The notes beneath the pieces are model-generated. The model had not been told where the DNA came from. It saw only the letters and a list, made by a program, of their open reading frames with translations, and ran no database searches. 64,000 nucleotides of DNA from Candidatus Levybacteria bacterium CG2_30_37_29. GTDB taxonomy: Bacteria > Patescibacteriota > Microgenomatia > Levybacterales > GWA1-39-11. Position numbers and translations under genes: made by a program. Of the stretch, positions 8,046 to 18,414 are shown in pieces. The stretch spans positions 1,367-65,366 of the forward strand of contig MNYS01000005.1 of NCBI GenBank assembly GCA_001873215.1, written 5' to 3'. Numbering within the stretch: position 1 is the first letter of the stretch; each line of letters opens with the position of its first letter.

Positions 8046-9887
8046 ATGGATACACTGACTCAAATAAAAAATATTGCAATTATTGCACACGTTGACCATG
8101 GTAAAACAACCTTAGTTGACGCAATGCTTAAACAAACCCATACTTTTCGTGGAAATCAAAAAGAAATGGGCGAAACTCTTATCATGGACTCGAACGACCT
8201 GGAAAAAGAAAAAGGAATTACTATACTTTCAAAAAACACTTCAGTTTTTTTTAACGACGTAAAAATAAACATTATAGATACGCCTGGGCATGCGGATTTT
8301 GGTGGAGAAGTAGAACGTGTTTTAAATATGGCAAGCGGTGCAATACTTTTGGTTGATGCTGCAGAAGGACCTCTTCCTCAAACAAAATTTGTTCTGAAAA
8401 AAGCACTTGAATTAAAACTTAAAATTATACTTGTCATAAATAAAATTGATAAAAAAGATGCACGACCGTTGGAAGTTTTATATGAAGTTGAAAATTTATT
8501 TTTAGAACTGGCTCATGATGAACACGCGCTTCATTTTGCAACTCTTTTTGCTGTAGGCCGTGACGGAAAAGCTTTTTGGGAACTTCCGGATCATTATAAA
8601 AGCGACATGCAATCAGACTTAAAACCTCTTTTTGACGCAATTATCAAAGAGGTTCCTAACGCTATTCAAAACGAGGATGAACCTTTTCAAATGCTTATTT
8701 CAACTCTTGACTATGATTTACACGTTGGCAAACTATGTATTGGAAAAGTTACTCGGGGAAAAATTTCAAAAGGTGACATGGCATGCCTTGTGGATGAAAA
8801 TAAAGTACTTGGATCCTACCGCGTACAAAAACTTTATACCAGCGAAGGCCTTAATAGAATCGAGATAGAAACTGCTACAACGGGTGATATTGTTGCGGTT
8901 GCGGGAATTGCGCAACTTACAATTGGTCAAACACTTACTGATCCGGAAAATCCTGTATCTTTGCCAAAAATTACTGTTGAAGATCCGACAATTAGAGTTA
9001 CCGTAGGCCCTAATACAAGTCCGTTTCTTGGACGTGAAGGAAAATTCTGCAGTTCTGCGCAAATAAAAGACAGGCTTCTTCGTGAAAAAGAAACAAATTT
9101 AGGTCTCTGGATAAAACAAGACCCCGAATCTGCAAATTATATCGTGTCAGGAAGAGGCGAACTTCACTTGGCAGTACTTATAGAGACAATGAGACGCGAA
9201 GGATTTGAGCTGCAAGTTTCAAAACCTCAGGTAATTTATAAAACAATAGACGGAAAAGTCTGTGAACCATACGAAGAAGTCACGATTGATATAGGGAATG
9301 AATATTTGGGTCAAATTACTGAGGAGTTTGGAAAAAGACGCGGAGAAATGGTCAGCATGACAGGTGAACCAAATAACTCTACGCGCTTTGTTTATAAAAT
9401 TTCAAGCCAAAACCTCTTGGGAATTAGAAACGTACTGCTTACCAAAACGCGTGGCACCGCAATTTTTAATACATATTTTCTCGGTTATTTTCCAAAAAGC
9501 GAAAAAATACTTGAACAGACTCGCAACGGAGCACTTGTTTCTATAGATGCAGGTAATTCTTTGTCTTACGGACTTGAAAACTCTCAGGAACGCGGTACGC
9601 TTTTTATAGGACCGGGCGTACCGGTATACGAAGGAATGGTTGTTGGAGTATCTACCAGAGATAAGGATATTGAAGTAAACGTTTGTAAGGGAAAAAAACA
9701 GACAAATGTAAGAGCTTCAACATCTGACATAGGTATTCAACTTACTCCGCCGACAACCCTTTCTCTTGAACAAGCTCTTGATTTTATAAATGATGATGAA
9801 GTCCTTGAAGTAACGCCTAAAAACATACGCATGAGGAAAAGAATTTTAGACACTACCAAAAGAAGAGTTGCATCACGAAAAAATTAA
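8046..9887 (+). CDS. typA: Translational GTPase TypA/BipA
   Basis: 'AIIAHVDHGKTTLVD…DTPGHADFGGEVER' EF-G-like GTPase, 613 aa. Confidence 0.95.
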   Translation: MDTLTQIKNIAIIAHVDHGKTTLVDAMLKQTHTFRGNQKEMGETLIMDSNDLEKEKGITILSKNTSVFFNDVKINIIDTPGHADFGGEVERVLNMASGAILLVDAAEGPLPQTKFVLKKALELKLKIILVINKIDKKDARPLEVLYEVENLFLELAHDEHALHFATLFAVGRDGKAFWELPDHYKSDMQSDLKPLFDAIIKEVPNAIQNEDEPFQMLISTLDYDLHVGKLCIGKVTRGKISKGDMACLVDENKVLGSYRVQKLYTSEGLNRIEIETATTGDIVAVAGIAQLTIGQTLTDPENPVSLPKITVEDPTIRVTVGPNTSPFLGREGKFCSSAQIKDRLLREKETNLGLWIKQDPESANYIVSGRGELHLAVLIETMRREGFELQVSKPQVIYKTIDGKVCEPYEEVTIDIGNEYLGQITEEFGKRRGEMVSMTGEPNNSTRFVYKISSQNLLGIRNVLLTKTRGTAIFNTYFLGYFPKSEKILEQTRNGALVSIDAGNSLSYGLENSQERGTLFIGPGVPVYEGMVVGVSTRDKDIEVNVCKGKKQTNVRASTSDIGIQLTPPTTLSLEQALDFINDDEVLEVTPKNIRMRKRILDTTKRRVASRKN

Positions 9888-10225
9888 AAAGTTATATTTT
9901 TGATATGATTTATCAAAATTTCACGAGCTCCCAGCTGTACCTCTATAGCATCAAACCTGTAATCTGATATATTATTTCTCAAAATATAGTATTGTGCGGT
10001 TTTTATAATTTTGCGAATTTTTTGAGGAGTAATTGCCTCAAGGGGAGTTCCAAACATTTCTTGTGTTCTTGTTTTTACCTCAACAAATACTACCTGTCCG
10101 CCGTTTTTTGCAATAATATCTATTTCACCAAAACGGCTTCGGAAATTTCTATAAAGAATGGAGTATCCAATTTTAGTCAGGTATTTTTCTGCTTCTTTTT
10201 CACCAAAACTTCCCGTACTGTCCAC
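9884..10225 (-). CDS. yraN: YraN-family (UPF0102) endonuclease
   Basis: 'GEKEAEKYLTKIGYSIL…GEIDIIAK…VFVEVKTR' signature. Confidence 0.8.
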   Translation of the reverse strand: MDSTGSFGEKEAEKYLTKIGYSILYRNFRSRFGEIDIIAKNGGQVVFVEVKTRTQEMFGTPLEAITPQKIRKIIKTAQYYILRNNISDYRFDAIEVQLGAREILINHIKNITF

Positions 10226-10243
10226 AATTAGGATATTTGTATT

Positions 10244-10564
10244 TTATTTTCTCTTTTTTGCGCGTGAGGCTTTTTTTGCGTCCTTTTTCGATGCTCTTTT
10301 AGCTGCTTGTTTTGTCTCCTCTATAATTTGAATACCTATAATTGTCGGAGAAAGAATAGGAAATATTCTATCCACTTCAATTCCTTCAAGGGTTTGTCTT
10401 ACAGTAATAGTCATATTTGACCCTTTTCCTTTTACTTTTATAATTCTTCCGGTGAACGGAACAGAGCGTTCGCGCTTTCCCTCAATAATTTTTTGTGTAA
10501 TTTTTAGAAGCTTCCCTTCACGCAACATTTGTGTCGTATCTTCCATAGAACTCATATTATACAA
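10244..10564 (-). CDS. rplS: 50S ribosomal protein L19
   Basis: 'FTGRIIKV…TVRQTLEGIEVDRIFPILSP' L19 pattern, basic C-tail. Confidence 0.8.
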   Translation of the reverse strand: MYNMSSMEDTTQMLREGKLLKITQKIIEGKRERSVPFTGRIIKVKGKGSNMTITVRQTLEGIEVDRIFPILSPTIIGIQIIEETKQAAKRASKKDAKKASRAKKRK

Positions 10565-10592
10565 GAAAAATACTGAATTGAAAAGGTGTATA

Positions 10593-12260
10593 CTATTTTG
10601 CAGCTGCTTTTAAGAATTCCAGAAATAGTGGATGCGGCCTACCAGGTCTGCTCTTATACTCAGGGTGGCCTTGAATTCCTAAGAAAAACGGATGAACACT
10701 GCGGGGAAGTTCAACTATTTCAACCAGATTTTCAACAATAGATTTTGAAGAAATAATCAAACCTTTCTTTATAAAATCATTTTCAAACTCCTGATTAAAC
10801 TCATACCTATGTCTATGCCGTTCAGAAACAAGTCCCGTTTCTCCATTTTTAAAACCTTTATACTGCTTGTAAATATCAAATGCCCTTGTGTTCTTATTAA
10901 CCCCGGCATCCCATGCACCAAGACGCATTGTTCCTCCGTATGCCCGCCTTTCCATAATTTCTTTTTGTTTTGGCATAAGATGGATTACCTGATGTTGAGA
11001 TTTAACATCATTTTCCTGAGTATTAGCATCTTTCCAGCCTAAAACGTCACGCGCAAAAGAAACTACGGCAAGCTGCATTCCGTAGCAAAGCCCAAGGTAA
11101 GGAATTTTTTTCCTCCTTGCATATGAAGCAGCAGTAATCATACCCTCAGCTCCACGCACACCCCAACCGATAGGAACAATAATTCCATCAACTTTTCCTA
11201 TAACGGAAGTTCCTTTTTTTTCTATTTTCTCAGCGTCAATCCATACAGTCTCAATGTCTACGCCGTTCTCCCAAGAAGCATGATCTATTGCGTCAAAAAG
11301 AGCCGCATACGCATCTCTAAGCTTGTAATCTCCAGTTGAGAAATATTTTCCTACGATTCCTATTTTTACTTTTTTACTTTTCTTAGCTTTTATTTTTTTA
11401 AGCAAAGACAAAAGATTGGAAAGATTTACTTTTTTTTGAGGCAAACCAAGCTTTTTTAATATTTTTGCAGGAAGAGCTTGTTTTTCAAGAACGATTGGTA
11501 TTTCATAAATACTTTGTACATCAGGACTTGCGATTATATCATCTTCGTGCATGTTGCAAAAAAGTGCAAAACGGTCAAGTCTTCTTTTATCCAGAACGCT
11601 ATCACACCTTGCAACAACAAAATCCGGCTGTATACCCATTGAATTAAGCGTTCTTACGGAAAGTTGTGTAGGTTTTGTTTTTGGCTCGCCAAGATGCTTG
11701 GGAACAGGAACATAACTCACATGAACATGTACTACGTCCCCCGGCTTTCTGAGAGTCATCATTCGGGATGCCTCATAATATAAAATATTTTGGTATTCTC
11801 CCGCTGTTCCGCCAAGCTCAATAAGAACAATATCGTTATCCAACGCAACAAGCTCAATCCGTCGCATAATTTCATTTGTCACGTGAGGAATAGCCTCAAC
11901 CGTTTGTCCGGAATATTCAAATCTTCTTTCACGGTCCATAACGGTTTTGTAAATTTTTCCGATAGTAACAAAATTTTTATCTCCCATTTCCTGGTTAAGA
12001 AATTTTTCATACGTTCCGATATCCATATCAGCTTCCGTACCGTCATCGCAAAGAAAAACATCGCCGTGTTCTATGGGATTTATTGTTCCGGCATCAAGAT
12101 TAAGATAATTTTCAAATTTAATAGGGGCAACTCTATAACCGGCAGACTTTAAAAGAAGAGCGATAGATGCTGAAGTGATACCTTTTCCGATGCCTGAAAT
12201 AACTCCTCCGGAGATAAAAATGTATTTTGTTTTTTTAATTTTACTATTTCTGAGGGGCAC
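10593..12260 (-). CDS. pyrG: CTP synthase
   Basis: 'KYIFISGGVISGIGKGITSASIALLLK' N-terminus, GATase C-domain; GTG start. Confidence 0.95.
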   Translation of the reverse strand: MPLRNSKIKKTKYIFISGGVISGIGKGITSASIALLLKSAGYRVAPIKFENYLNLDAGTINPIEHGDVFLCDDGTEADMDIGTYEKFLNQEMGDKNFVTIGKIYKTVMDRERRFEYSGQTVEAIPHVTNEIMRRIELVALDNDIVLIELGGTAGEYQNILYYEASRMMTLRKPGDVVHVHVSYVPVPKHLGEPKTKPTQLSVRTLNSMGIQPDFVVARCDSVLDKRRLDRFALFCNMHEDDIIASPDVQSIYEIPIVLEKQALPAKILKKLGLPQKKVNLSNLLSLLKKIKAKKSKKVKIGIVGKYFSTGDYKLRDAYAALFDAIDHASWENGVDIETVWIDAEKIEKKGTSVIGKVDGIIVPIGWGVRGAEGMITAASYARRKKIPYLGLCYGMQLAVVSFARDVLGWKDANTQENDVKSQHQVIHLMPKQKEIMERRAYGGTMRLGAWDAGVNKNTRAFDIYKQYKGFKNGETGLVSERHRHRYEFNQEFENDFIKKGLIISSKSIVENLVEIVELPRSVHPFFLGIQGHPEYKSRPGRPHPLFLEFLKAAAK

Positions 12261-12265
12261 GATTT

Positions 12266-12294
12266 ATATTATCAAAACAACATAAATTCGTCAA
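12266..12294 (-). promoter_or_regulatory. σ70-like promoter TTGACG-17-TAATAT, 5 nt before pyrG GTG (leaderless-type)
   Basis: minus-sense -35 at 12289-12294, -10 at 12266-12271. Confidence 0.45.
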
Positions 12295-12302
12295 CGGGGA
12301 AA

Positions 12303-12785
12303 TTAATCAACTGGACAAATAATAAAGATGTGGGTAAAAACTTTCTTGTCTTGAAACAATAAATGTTCATATCCAACAATCAAAGGAATATCATCTTCGC
12401 GATTCATAACTTTATAGGTATACTGCCATTCCCCATCCGGTTCCGGACTACAATCTTCATCAAATCTTGTTTTATCTCCCAATTCTGTAAGTTTTCTTTT
12501 TAAATAATCTCCAACTTCACTTTCTTCTACGCCTAACTGTTTAAGTTTCTCTAAAGAAATAGTTCCTCCTGCGTAAACTCTAGTATAGATTTTATCTTCT
12601 ACACTAACTATCTCCTGACCGCCACCCGCTCTATGAGCTGCCCATTCATCATGGTAAATTCCATCAGAAGTTTTGATATGAGAAGATTTTAGATGAAACC
12701 CTCCCCGCGCTACATCTTCAATTCTTGAACCTCCCGCATAACCTGCCGAGAGTCCTCCGGCCAAAATTTTTTTTGCATTTCTCAT
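12303..12785 (-). CDS. Conserved hypothetical protein (Gly-rich N-terminus)
   Basis: 160-aa ORF; TATAAT-like box just upstream (minus sense). Confidence 0.5.
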   Translation of the reverse strand: MRNAKKILAGGLSAGYAGGSRIEDVARGGFHLKSSHIKTSDGIYHDEWAAHRAGGGQEIVSVEDKIYTRVYAGGTISLEKLKQLGVEESEVGDYLKRKLTELGDKTRFDEDCSPEPDGEWQYTYKVMNREDDIPLIVGYEHLLFQDKKVFTHIFIICPVD

Positions 12786-12858
12786 ATGATCATTATAGCA
12801 GGTGAGCGGGGAAAGGGACTCAAACCCGCGACATCTTCCTTGGCCCCGATTTTTTTTG

Positions 12859-12929
12859 AGCGAGGTACGAGAATTGAACTCGCTTCTCTACCTTGGGAAG
12901 GTAGCATACTACCGGTGTACTAACCTCGC
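12859..12929 (-). tRNA. tRNA-Gly (anticodon CCC)
   Basis: Manual fold: acceptor GCGAGGT/ACCTCGC, D-arm GTAC…GTAT, anticodon arm CTACC-TTCCCAA-GGTAG, T-arm GCGAG-TTCAATT-CTCGT, discriminator U; CCA not encoded. Confidence 0.85.
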
Positions 12930-12994
12930 ATAAACATCGGGGTACCACTGAATTACCCCCGCATTAAAGTTTAACTATTTGTATTCTATCAAAC

Positions 12995-13600
12995 TTAACG
13001 TGGAAGTTTAAGAGTATTTCCTGAGTGAATGAGGTCGGGATTTGTAAGATTATTTACTCGTGCAATTTCGGGCCATTTATATCCGTCTGCGTATGCCCTC
13101 ACTGAAATATCCCATAAATTATCCCCCGATACAACCGTATAGCTTGTACCTTTTATTGTTTCCTTTTGATTATTATTTGGAGGAGAGGGAATGGTTTTCT
13201 TTATTGCATTATTTGACGGAAGTAAAAGCTTTGTACCTTTTTCTATCATATCAGGAGTTTTAATGTTGTTTGCTTTTGCAATTTCTGTCCATGCAAATCC
13301 ATTCTGATATGTTTTTTCAGCAATACTCCACAACGAATCGCCTTCGGCAACAATGTATTCTTTCTTACCCAATAACGCTTTTTTATTTTCTTCTTCAACT
13401 GATGTTTGAACAGCCTTACCCGATATCTCTCCCATTTGCCTTTTTGAAATTAAACTAATCCCTAAAAATATAAGAATAAAAAGCACTAAAACAGTAAAAG
13501 CTCCATATAAAAGACTTACATAAGAATGCGAAGTATGAAGTGAGGCATGTGACCTTACGTATTTGTTTATCTTTTTTTTTATACTTTTTTTTCCTGCCAT
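12995..13600 (-). CDS. LysM-domain peptidoglycan-binding protein with N-terminal TM anchor (two LysM repeats)
   Basis: 'YIVAEGDSLWSIAEKTY…GTKLLLP' and 'YTVVSGDNLWDISVRAY…GNTLKLP'. Confidence 0.8.
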   Translation of the reverse strand: MAGKKSIKKKINKYVRSHASLHTSHSYVSLLYGAFTVLVLFILIFLGISLISKRQMGEISGKAVQTSVEEENKKALLGKKEYIVAEGDSLWSIAEKTYQNGFAWTEIAKANNIKTPDMIEKGTKLLLPSNNAIKKTIPSPPNNNQKETIKGTSYTVVSGDNLWDISVRAYADGYKWPEIARVNNLTNPDLIHSGNTLKLPR

Positions 13601-13646
13601 AATTTTATTTTTTGGGCAGAGATAAAAAAATTCAAACTTGATATAC

Positions 13647-13666
13647 CTTCACTAAACGCAGTGAAG
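13647..13666 (-). terminator. Hairpin CTTCACT-(6 nt)-AGTGAAG just 3' of tRNA-Asp, U-run 16 nt further (weak terminator)
   Basis: Inverted repeat 13647-13666; A-run 13624-13630 on + strand. Confidence 0.3.
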
Positions 13667-13668
13667 TG

Positions 13669-13742
13669 CGGGAGCGACGGGGCTCGAACCCGCGACCTTC
13701 TCCGTGACAGGGAGACGCTCTAACCAACTGAGCTACGCCCCC
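13669..13742 (-). tRNA. tRNA-Asp (anticodon GUC)
   Basis: GGGGGCG…anticodon loop CTGTCAC…T-loop GGTTCGAGCC…CGCTCCC + G discriminator. Confidence 0.85.
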
Positions 13743-13759
13743 AGGTTAGGACCTTGGCT

Positions 13760-13788
13760 ATAGTAACAAATAATTGCATACGAGTCAA
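13760..13788 (-). promoter_or_regulatory. σ70-like promoter TTGACT-17-TACTAT upstream of tRNA-Asp
   Basis: minus-sense -35 at 13783-13788, -10 at 13760-13765, 17 nt before tRNA 5' end. Confidence 0.4.
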
Positions 13789-13809
13789 CACTTTGATAGG
13801 ATAGAATCG

Positions 13810-15579
13810 ATGACAAATAAAGAAATTGTCAAGCTATTTAGTAATATTGCGGCAGCTTACGCGATAAAAGATGAATATAAATATAAATTCCAAATAATTG
13901 CGTACCAGAAAGCGGCCGATGCAGTAGAACATTCCTCAACAGAACTAAAAAATCTATACGAACAAGGAAAGCTTGAAAAAATCCCCGGAATAGGACCTAC
14001 GATTAAAGATAGATTAATTGAACTTTTTAAGACAGGGAAAGTAATACATTATGAAAAAATACTTTCTGAAATTTCACCGGCAGTTTTTCCACTACTTGAT
14101 GTTCCTTCGTTTGGTCCAAAAAAAGCATATAAGCTTGTCACACATTTTAAATTAATAAACCCGAAAACCGTTATTGAAGACGTAAAAAAGCTTGCAACGG
14201 ACGGAAGAATATCAGGGCTGGAAGGGTTTGGCGATAAATCACAATCAGATATTCTTCAGGCAATTAATGAATATGGTACAGGGACGACAAAAACAGGAAG
14301 GATGACTCTTCCGTACGCTTTTTCTCTTGCACAAGAGGTTTTAGGCTACCTTAAAAAAAACAAAGATGTGTTAAAAACAGAACCCCTAGGAAGCTTGAGA
14401 CGTATGATGTCAACAGTTGGCGACGTTGATATAGCGGTAACATCTACAAATCCAGGCAAGGTAATTGATTATTTTGTTTCATTTCCTGCAAAAGAGAGAG
14501 TTATTGAGAAAGGCCCCACAACAGCATCACTTCTTATCGGCGGCGGCAAACATATTGACCTTCTTGTACTTCCTCCACAGCAGTTCGGATCGCTTCTCCA
14601 GCACTTCACCGGATCCAAAAACCATAATGTTGCTCTTCGCGAATTAGCGTTGAAGAAGAAAATGTCTCTTTCTGAAAGAGGCATCAAATTACTTAACACG
14701 AAAAATGAGAAGATGATAACTTTTGACACAGAAGAAAAATTCTACAAATACTTAGGTCTTGACTGGATACCGCCTGAAATTAGAGAAAATCTTGGAGAAA
14801 TAGAACGCTCACAAAAACACAATCTTCCAAAACTTATAGAGCTAAAAGACATAAAAGGCGACCTTCACATACATTCCGATTACAAACTTGACTCAAGTCA
14901 TGATTACGGAATAAATACAATGCAGGAAATGATCGATAAAGCTAAAACTTTAAATTACGAATACATTGGATTTTCAGAACACAATCCAAGCATAACAAAC
15001 CATACCAAAGACCAAATTTACTCAATACTTGCAGGAAGAAATGATAAAATTGAGCAAATTAAATCGAGTAATAAAAGTATTCGAGTAATAAATCTACTTG
15101 AAGTAGATATTTTAGCTTCCGGTGAACTTGCTATCGATAGTAAATGTCTTGATTTAATTGACGCTGCAATTGTTTCTATACACAGTTCTTTTAATACGTC
15201 ACATGATAAAATGACAGATCGTATATTAAAAGGATTATCCAATCCAAAAGCAAAAATTTTAGCCCACCCTACCGGAAGACTTTTAAATTCCAGAACAGGT
15301 TACGAAGTCGATTGGGATAGACTCTTTGACTTCTGCAAAAAAAATAATAAAATTCTTGAAATTAATTCGTGGCCTGAAAGACTTGATCTTCCGGACACTC
15401 TGGTAAAGCAAGCTGAGGAGCAAGAAATAAAATTTGTAATTAATACTGACAGCCATGACGTATCTCAAATGGATAATATGTTTTATGGGGTGTCTGTTGC
15501 ACGGCGAGGCTGGTGCAATAAAAAGTCAGTTATTAACACGTACCCATATCAGCAAATATTTAAGGCACTGACAGAATAA
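13810..15579 (+). CDS. polX: DNA polymerase X family protein with C-terminal PHP phosphoesterase domain
   Basis: HhH '[12 protein letters not shown]', Pol β-like core, C-terminal '[14 protein letters not shown]' PHP; ORF opens at 13774 but ATG 13810 avoids the tRNA-Asp promoter. Confidence 0.85.
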   Translation: MTNKEIVKLFSNIAAAYAIKDEYKYKFQIIAYQKAADAVEHSSTELKNLYEQGKLEKIPGIGPTIKDRLIELFKTGKVIHYEKILSEISPAVFPLLDVPSFGPKKAYKLVTHFKLINPKTVIEDVKKLATDGRISGLEGFGDKSQSDILQAINEYGTGTTKTGRMTLPYAFSLAQEVLGYLKKNKDVLKTEPLGSLRRMMSTVGDVDIAVTSTNPGKVIDYFVSFPAKERVIEKGPTTASLLIGGGKHIDLLVLPPQQFGSLLQHFTGSKNHNVALRELALKKKMSLSERGIKLLNTKNEKMITFDTEEKFYKYLGLDWIPPEIRENLGEIERSQKHNLPKLIELKDIKGDLHIHSDYKLDSSHDYGINTMQEMIDKAKTLNYEYIGFSEHNPSITNHTKDQIYSILAGRNDKIEQIKSSNKSIRVINLLEVDILASGELAIDSKCLDLIDAAIVSIHSSFNTSHDKMTDRILKGLSNPKAKILAHPTGRLLNSRTGYEVDWDRLFDFCKKNNKILEINSWPERLDLPDTLVKQAEEQEIKFVINTDSHDVSQMDNMFYGVSVARRGWCNKKSVINTYPYQQIFKALTE

Positions 15580-15591
15580 GTATTTTTTCAG

Positions 15592-15620
15592 TTGACATTT
15601 ACCAAACACTGTGGCAAAAT
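15592..15620 (+). promoter_or_regulatory. Promoter TTGACA-17-(TGg)CAAAAT, -10 ends 9 nt before lemA GTG start
   Basis: -35 15592-15597, -10 15615-15620. Confidence 0.4.
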
Positions 15621-15629
15621 AATATCATT

Positions 15630-16178
15630 GTGATAATTTATATTGTAATTGGATTTGTAGTACTTGTTCTTCTGTATCTTTGGTTTACCTATAATTCACT
15701 CGTTACCCTCCGTGAACGAATTAATGAAGCGCTTTCTAATATTGACGTCCAACTAAAACGGCGATATGACCTTATCCCAAATCTTGTTGAAACAGTTAAG
15801 GGATACGCAAAACACGAAAAAGAAGTATTTGAGAATGTAACAAAAGCAAGAAGCGCCCTGATGAATGCAGAAACCCCCGGCCAAAAGTCAGAAGCTAACA
15901 ATATGCTTGCAGGAGCACTTAAAACTCTTTTTGCGGTTGCAGAAGCCTATCCAACTCTTCGGGCAAGTGAAAATTTTACACACCTCCAAGAGGAATTATC
16001 TGACACGGAAAATAAAATTTCATACTCTCGACAGTTTTATAACTCAAATGTTTTGGATTACAACACCAAAATAAAAATGTTTCCTGCCTCTCTTATAGCT
16101 TCCCAATTCGGATTCGGTGAAAAAGAATTCTTTGGTACTGACTCATCGCAAAAGGAACCTGTTAAGGTAAAATTCTAA
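15630..16178 (+). CDS. lemA: LemA family protein
   Basis: N-terminal TM + '[39 protein letters not shown]'. Confidence 0.9.
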   Translation: MIIYIVIGFVVLVLLYLWFTYNSLVTLRERINEALSNIDVQLKRRYDLIPNLVETVKGYAKHEKEVFENVTKARSALMNAETPGQKSEANNMLAGALKTLFAVAEAYPTLRASENFTHLQEELSDTENKISYSRQFYNSNVLDYNTKIKMFPASLIASQFGFGEKEFFGTDSSQKEPVKVKF

Positions 16179-16207
16179 CTTCATTTAACAACCTGGACCT
16201 AAGAATT

Positions 16208-17104
16208 ATGACAATCTACAGTTCAATAAGCTCAAATAAAAGAAAAACGTGGCTTATTATGATACTTTTCGTACTTTTTTTTCTGACAGTTTCATATATT
16301 TTAGGACGGGCGCTTGGATACGGTCTGTCTTTTGCAGGCGTCATGCTTATAATTTCCGGTCTTATGTCTTTCGGGTCATATTATTACTCTGACAAAATTG
16401 TTTTAGCAATGTCAGGCGCAAAACCCGCAACAAAAGAAGAATACAGAGATCTATTTACAACTGTTGAAAATCTATCTATTGCGTCAGGCACACCTATGCC
16501 AAAAGTTTATGTTGTTCAAGATGCAGCTCCTAATGCATTTGCGACAGGAAGAGATCCAAAACACGCAGCAGTATGCGCTACAACCGGAATTTTACAAAAA
16601 CTTTCAAAAGCAGAACTTGAAGGTGTAATAGGCCACGAACTTTCACATGTTAAAAATTATGATACGAGACTTATGGGAGTTGTAGCCATTCTTGTCGGCT
16701 CACTTTCAATTCTTGCAGATGTTTTTTTCAGAAGCTTATGGTTTCGCGATTCGGATGACAATAATAGATCAAGCTCTATTTTTATGATAGTAGGAATTAT
16801 TTTAGCAATACTCTCTCCTATTATTGCAACTTTAATTCAGCTTGCAATTTCCCGAAGGCGTGAATATTTAGCTGACGCTGACGGTGCTTTGCTTACGCGC
16901 TACCCTGAAGGACTAGCCAGTGCTCTTGAAAAAATCGCCGCAGACAAAAATATTTTGAAAACTGCGTCAACTGCAACAGCTCATTTTTACATAGAAAATC
17001 CATTTAAAACAGACGTTAAAAAGAAATCCGGTCAATGGCTGGTAAATCTTTTCTCCACTCATCCACCAATTAACGAAAGAATCCGCATTCTCCGATCAAT
17101 GTAG
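16208..17104 (+). CDS. htpX: M48-family zinc metalloprotease, HtpX-like
   Basis: 'GHELSHVKNYD' HExxH, 4 TM; typical lemA-htpX pair. Confidence 0.8.
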   Translation: MTIYSSISSNKRKTWLIMILFVLFFLTVSYILGRALGYGLSFAGVMLIISGLMSFGSYYYSDKIVLAMSGAKPATKEEYRDLFTTVENLSIASGTPMPKVYVVQDAAPNAFATGRDPKHAAVCATTGILQKLSKAELEGVIGHELSHVKNYDTRLMGVVAILVGSLSILADVFFRSLWFRDSDDNNRSSSIFMIVGIILAILSPIIATLIQLAISRRREYLADADGALLTRYPEGLASALEKIAADKNILKTASTATAHFYIENPFKTDVKKKSGQWLVNLFSTHPPINERIRILRSM

Positions 17105-17118
17105 GGTATAATTAACAT

Positions 17119-18414
17119 ATGCACATTCCTATTGCATTGGGAAAAGCTATAACAAAAGTTTCCCAAACATTTAATTTAGGATCGGGATCAACGTGGCCAG
17201 GAGAAATAGCACTTTCACTTGATGCAAACTTTCTCAATAATTTATCTAAAAAAAATCCTCATTTAAAAATTGTTTTAGTCGCAGGCACTAATGGAAAAAC
17301 AACAACGACAAAGCTTACCCAAGAGGTGCTGGAACGTCAAAATTATCGCGTTTTTAGAAATGAAGCAGGCGCAAATTTAATTAACGGTATTGCTTCAAGC
17401 TTTGTGTATCGTGCGGATATTTTTGGAAAAATTTCCTATGACGTGGCTCTTTTTGAAATAGACGAAAACTCTCTTCCTCGTATTCTAGAACACATAACAC
17501 CCTTTGCAATTATATTATTAAATTTATTCCGTGACCAGCTGGATCGCTACGGCGAAGTAAATACAATAGCGGAAAAATGGCAGGAAGCACTTAAGAAGCT
17601 ACCCAAAGAAACACTTTTAGTCACAAACGGAGACGATCCGATGCTTAGATTTATCGGAGAAAAATCAAACCTTCATGTTTCTTACTTTGGTATTGACGAA
17701 AAGTTAATGGACAAAAAAAACGCACCTCATGATGTTGACTTTCTCTATTGCCCGAAGTGTAAAACAAAACTTGAATTTATAAAAAGATCTTATTCCCATA
17801 TGGGGATATATAAATGTCCAAAATGCGGTTTTAGACACGCAAAGACTTCTACTTTTAACTCTCTTCCAAATCCTATGTTTGGTCTTTACAACAAATACAA
17901 TATTAATGCTGCTTCTCTTCTGCTTCAAAACGGTTTCGGTGTTAATTTAAAAACGATAGAATTGGGAATTACAAATTTTGACCCTGCATTTGGCAGGCAA
18001 GAAAGAATTATTTATAAAGGAAAAAACATATTTCTTCTTCTTTCAAAAAATCCTGCAAGCTTTAACCAGTCAATTCAAGCTATTATTGAACAAGACAAGA
18101 ATCCAAACGTCTTACTTTTATTAAATGATAGAATTCCGGACGGTAGAGACGTTAGCTGGATTTGGGATGTAGAATTTGAAGAATTGAAAAATGCATATTA
18201 CGTCACTATTTCCGGTGACAGGGCTTATGACATGGGCGTAAGAATTAAATACTGCGATATACCTGATTCTAAATTCCAGATTCATGACATATTAACAGAA
18301 GCCATTATTGTTGCCGCATCAAGACTTGAAACCGATCAAACTTTATATATTCTGGCAACATATTCCGCCATGCTTGATGTAAGAAAAATATTAAAAGGAC
18401 GAAAAATTTTATGA
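17119..18414 (+). CDS. murT: Lipid II isoglutaminyl synthase subunit MurT (Mur-ligase-like)
   Basis: 'LVAGTNGKTTTTKL' P-loop, Cys4 ribbon 'CPKCKTKL…CPKCGF', C-terminal DUF1727-like region. Confidence 0.8.
   Translation: MHIPIALGKAITKVSQTFNLGSGSTWPGEIALSLDANFLNNLSKKNPHLKIVLVAGTNGKTTTTKLTQEVLERQNYRVFRNEAGANLINGIASSFVYRADIFGKISYDVALFEIDENSLPRILEHITPFAIILLNLFRDQLDRYGEVNTIAEKWQEALKKLPKETLLVTNGDDPMLRFIGEKSNLHVSYFGIDEKLMDKKNAPHDVDFLYCPKCKTKLEFIKRSYSHMGIYKCPKCGFRHAKTSTFNSLPNPMFGLYNKYNINAASLLLQNGFGVNLKTIELGITNFDPAFGRQERIIYKGKNIFLLLSKNPASFNQSIQAIIEQDKNPNVLLLLNDRIPDGRDVSWIWDVEFEELKNAYYVTISGDRAYDMGVRIKYCDIPDSKFQIHDILTEAIIVAASRLETDQTLYILATYSAMLDVRKILKGRKIL

Noticed and set aside
12786-12858. Possible tmRNA 3' end (GGGTTTGAGTCCC…CCCCGCTCACC)
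   Set aside because: No tmRNA 5' end, tag reading frame or pseudoknot region; only ~50 nt available. Kept instead as a tRNA-like fragment in the findings.
13774-13809. Longer polX start at 13774
   Set aside because: The first 12 codons overlap the predicted tRNA-Asp promoter, and PolX homologs begin near '[10 protein letters not shown]'; ATG 13810 preferred.
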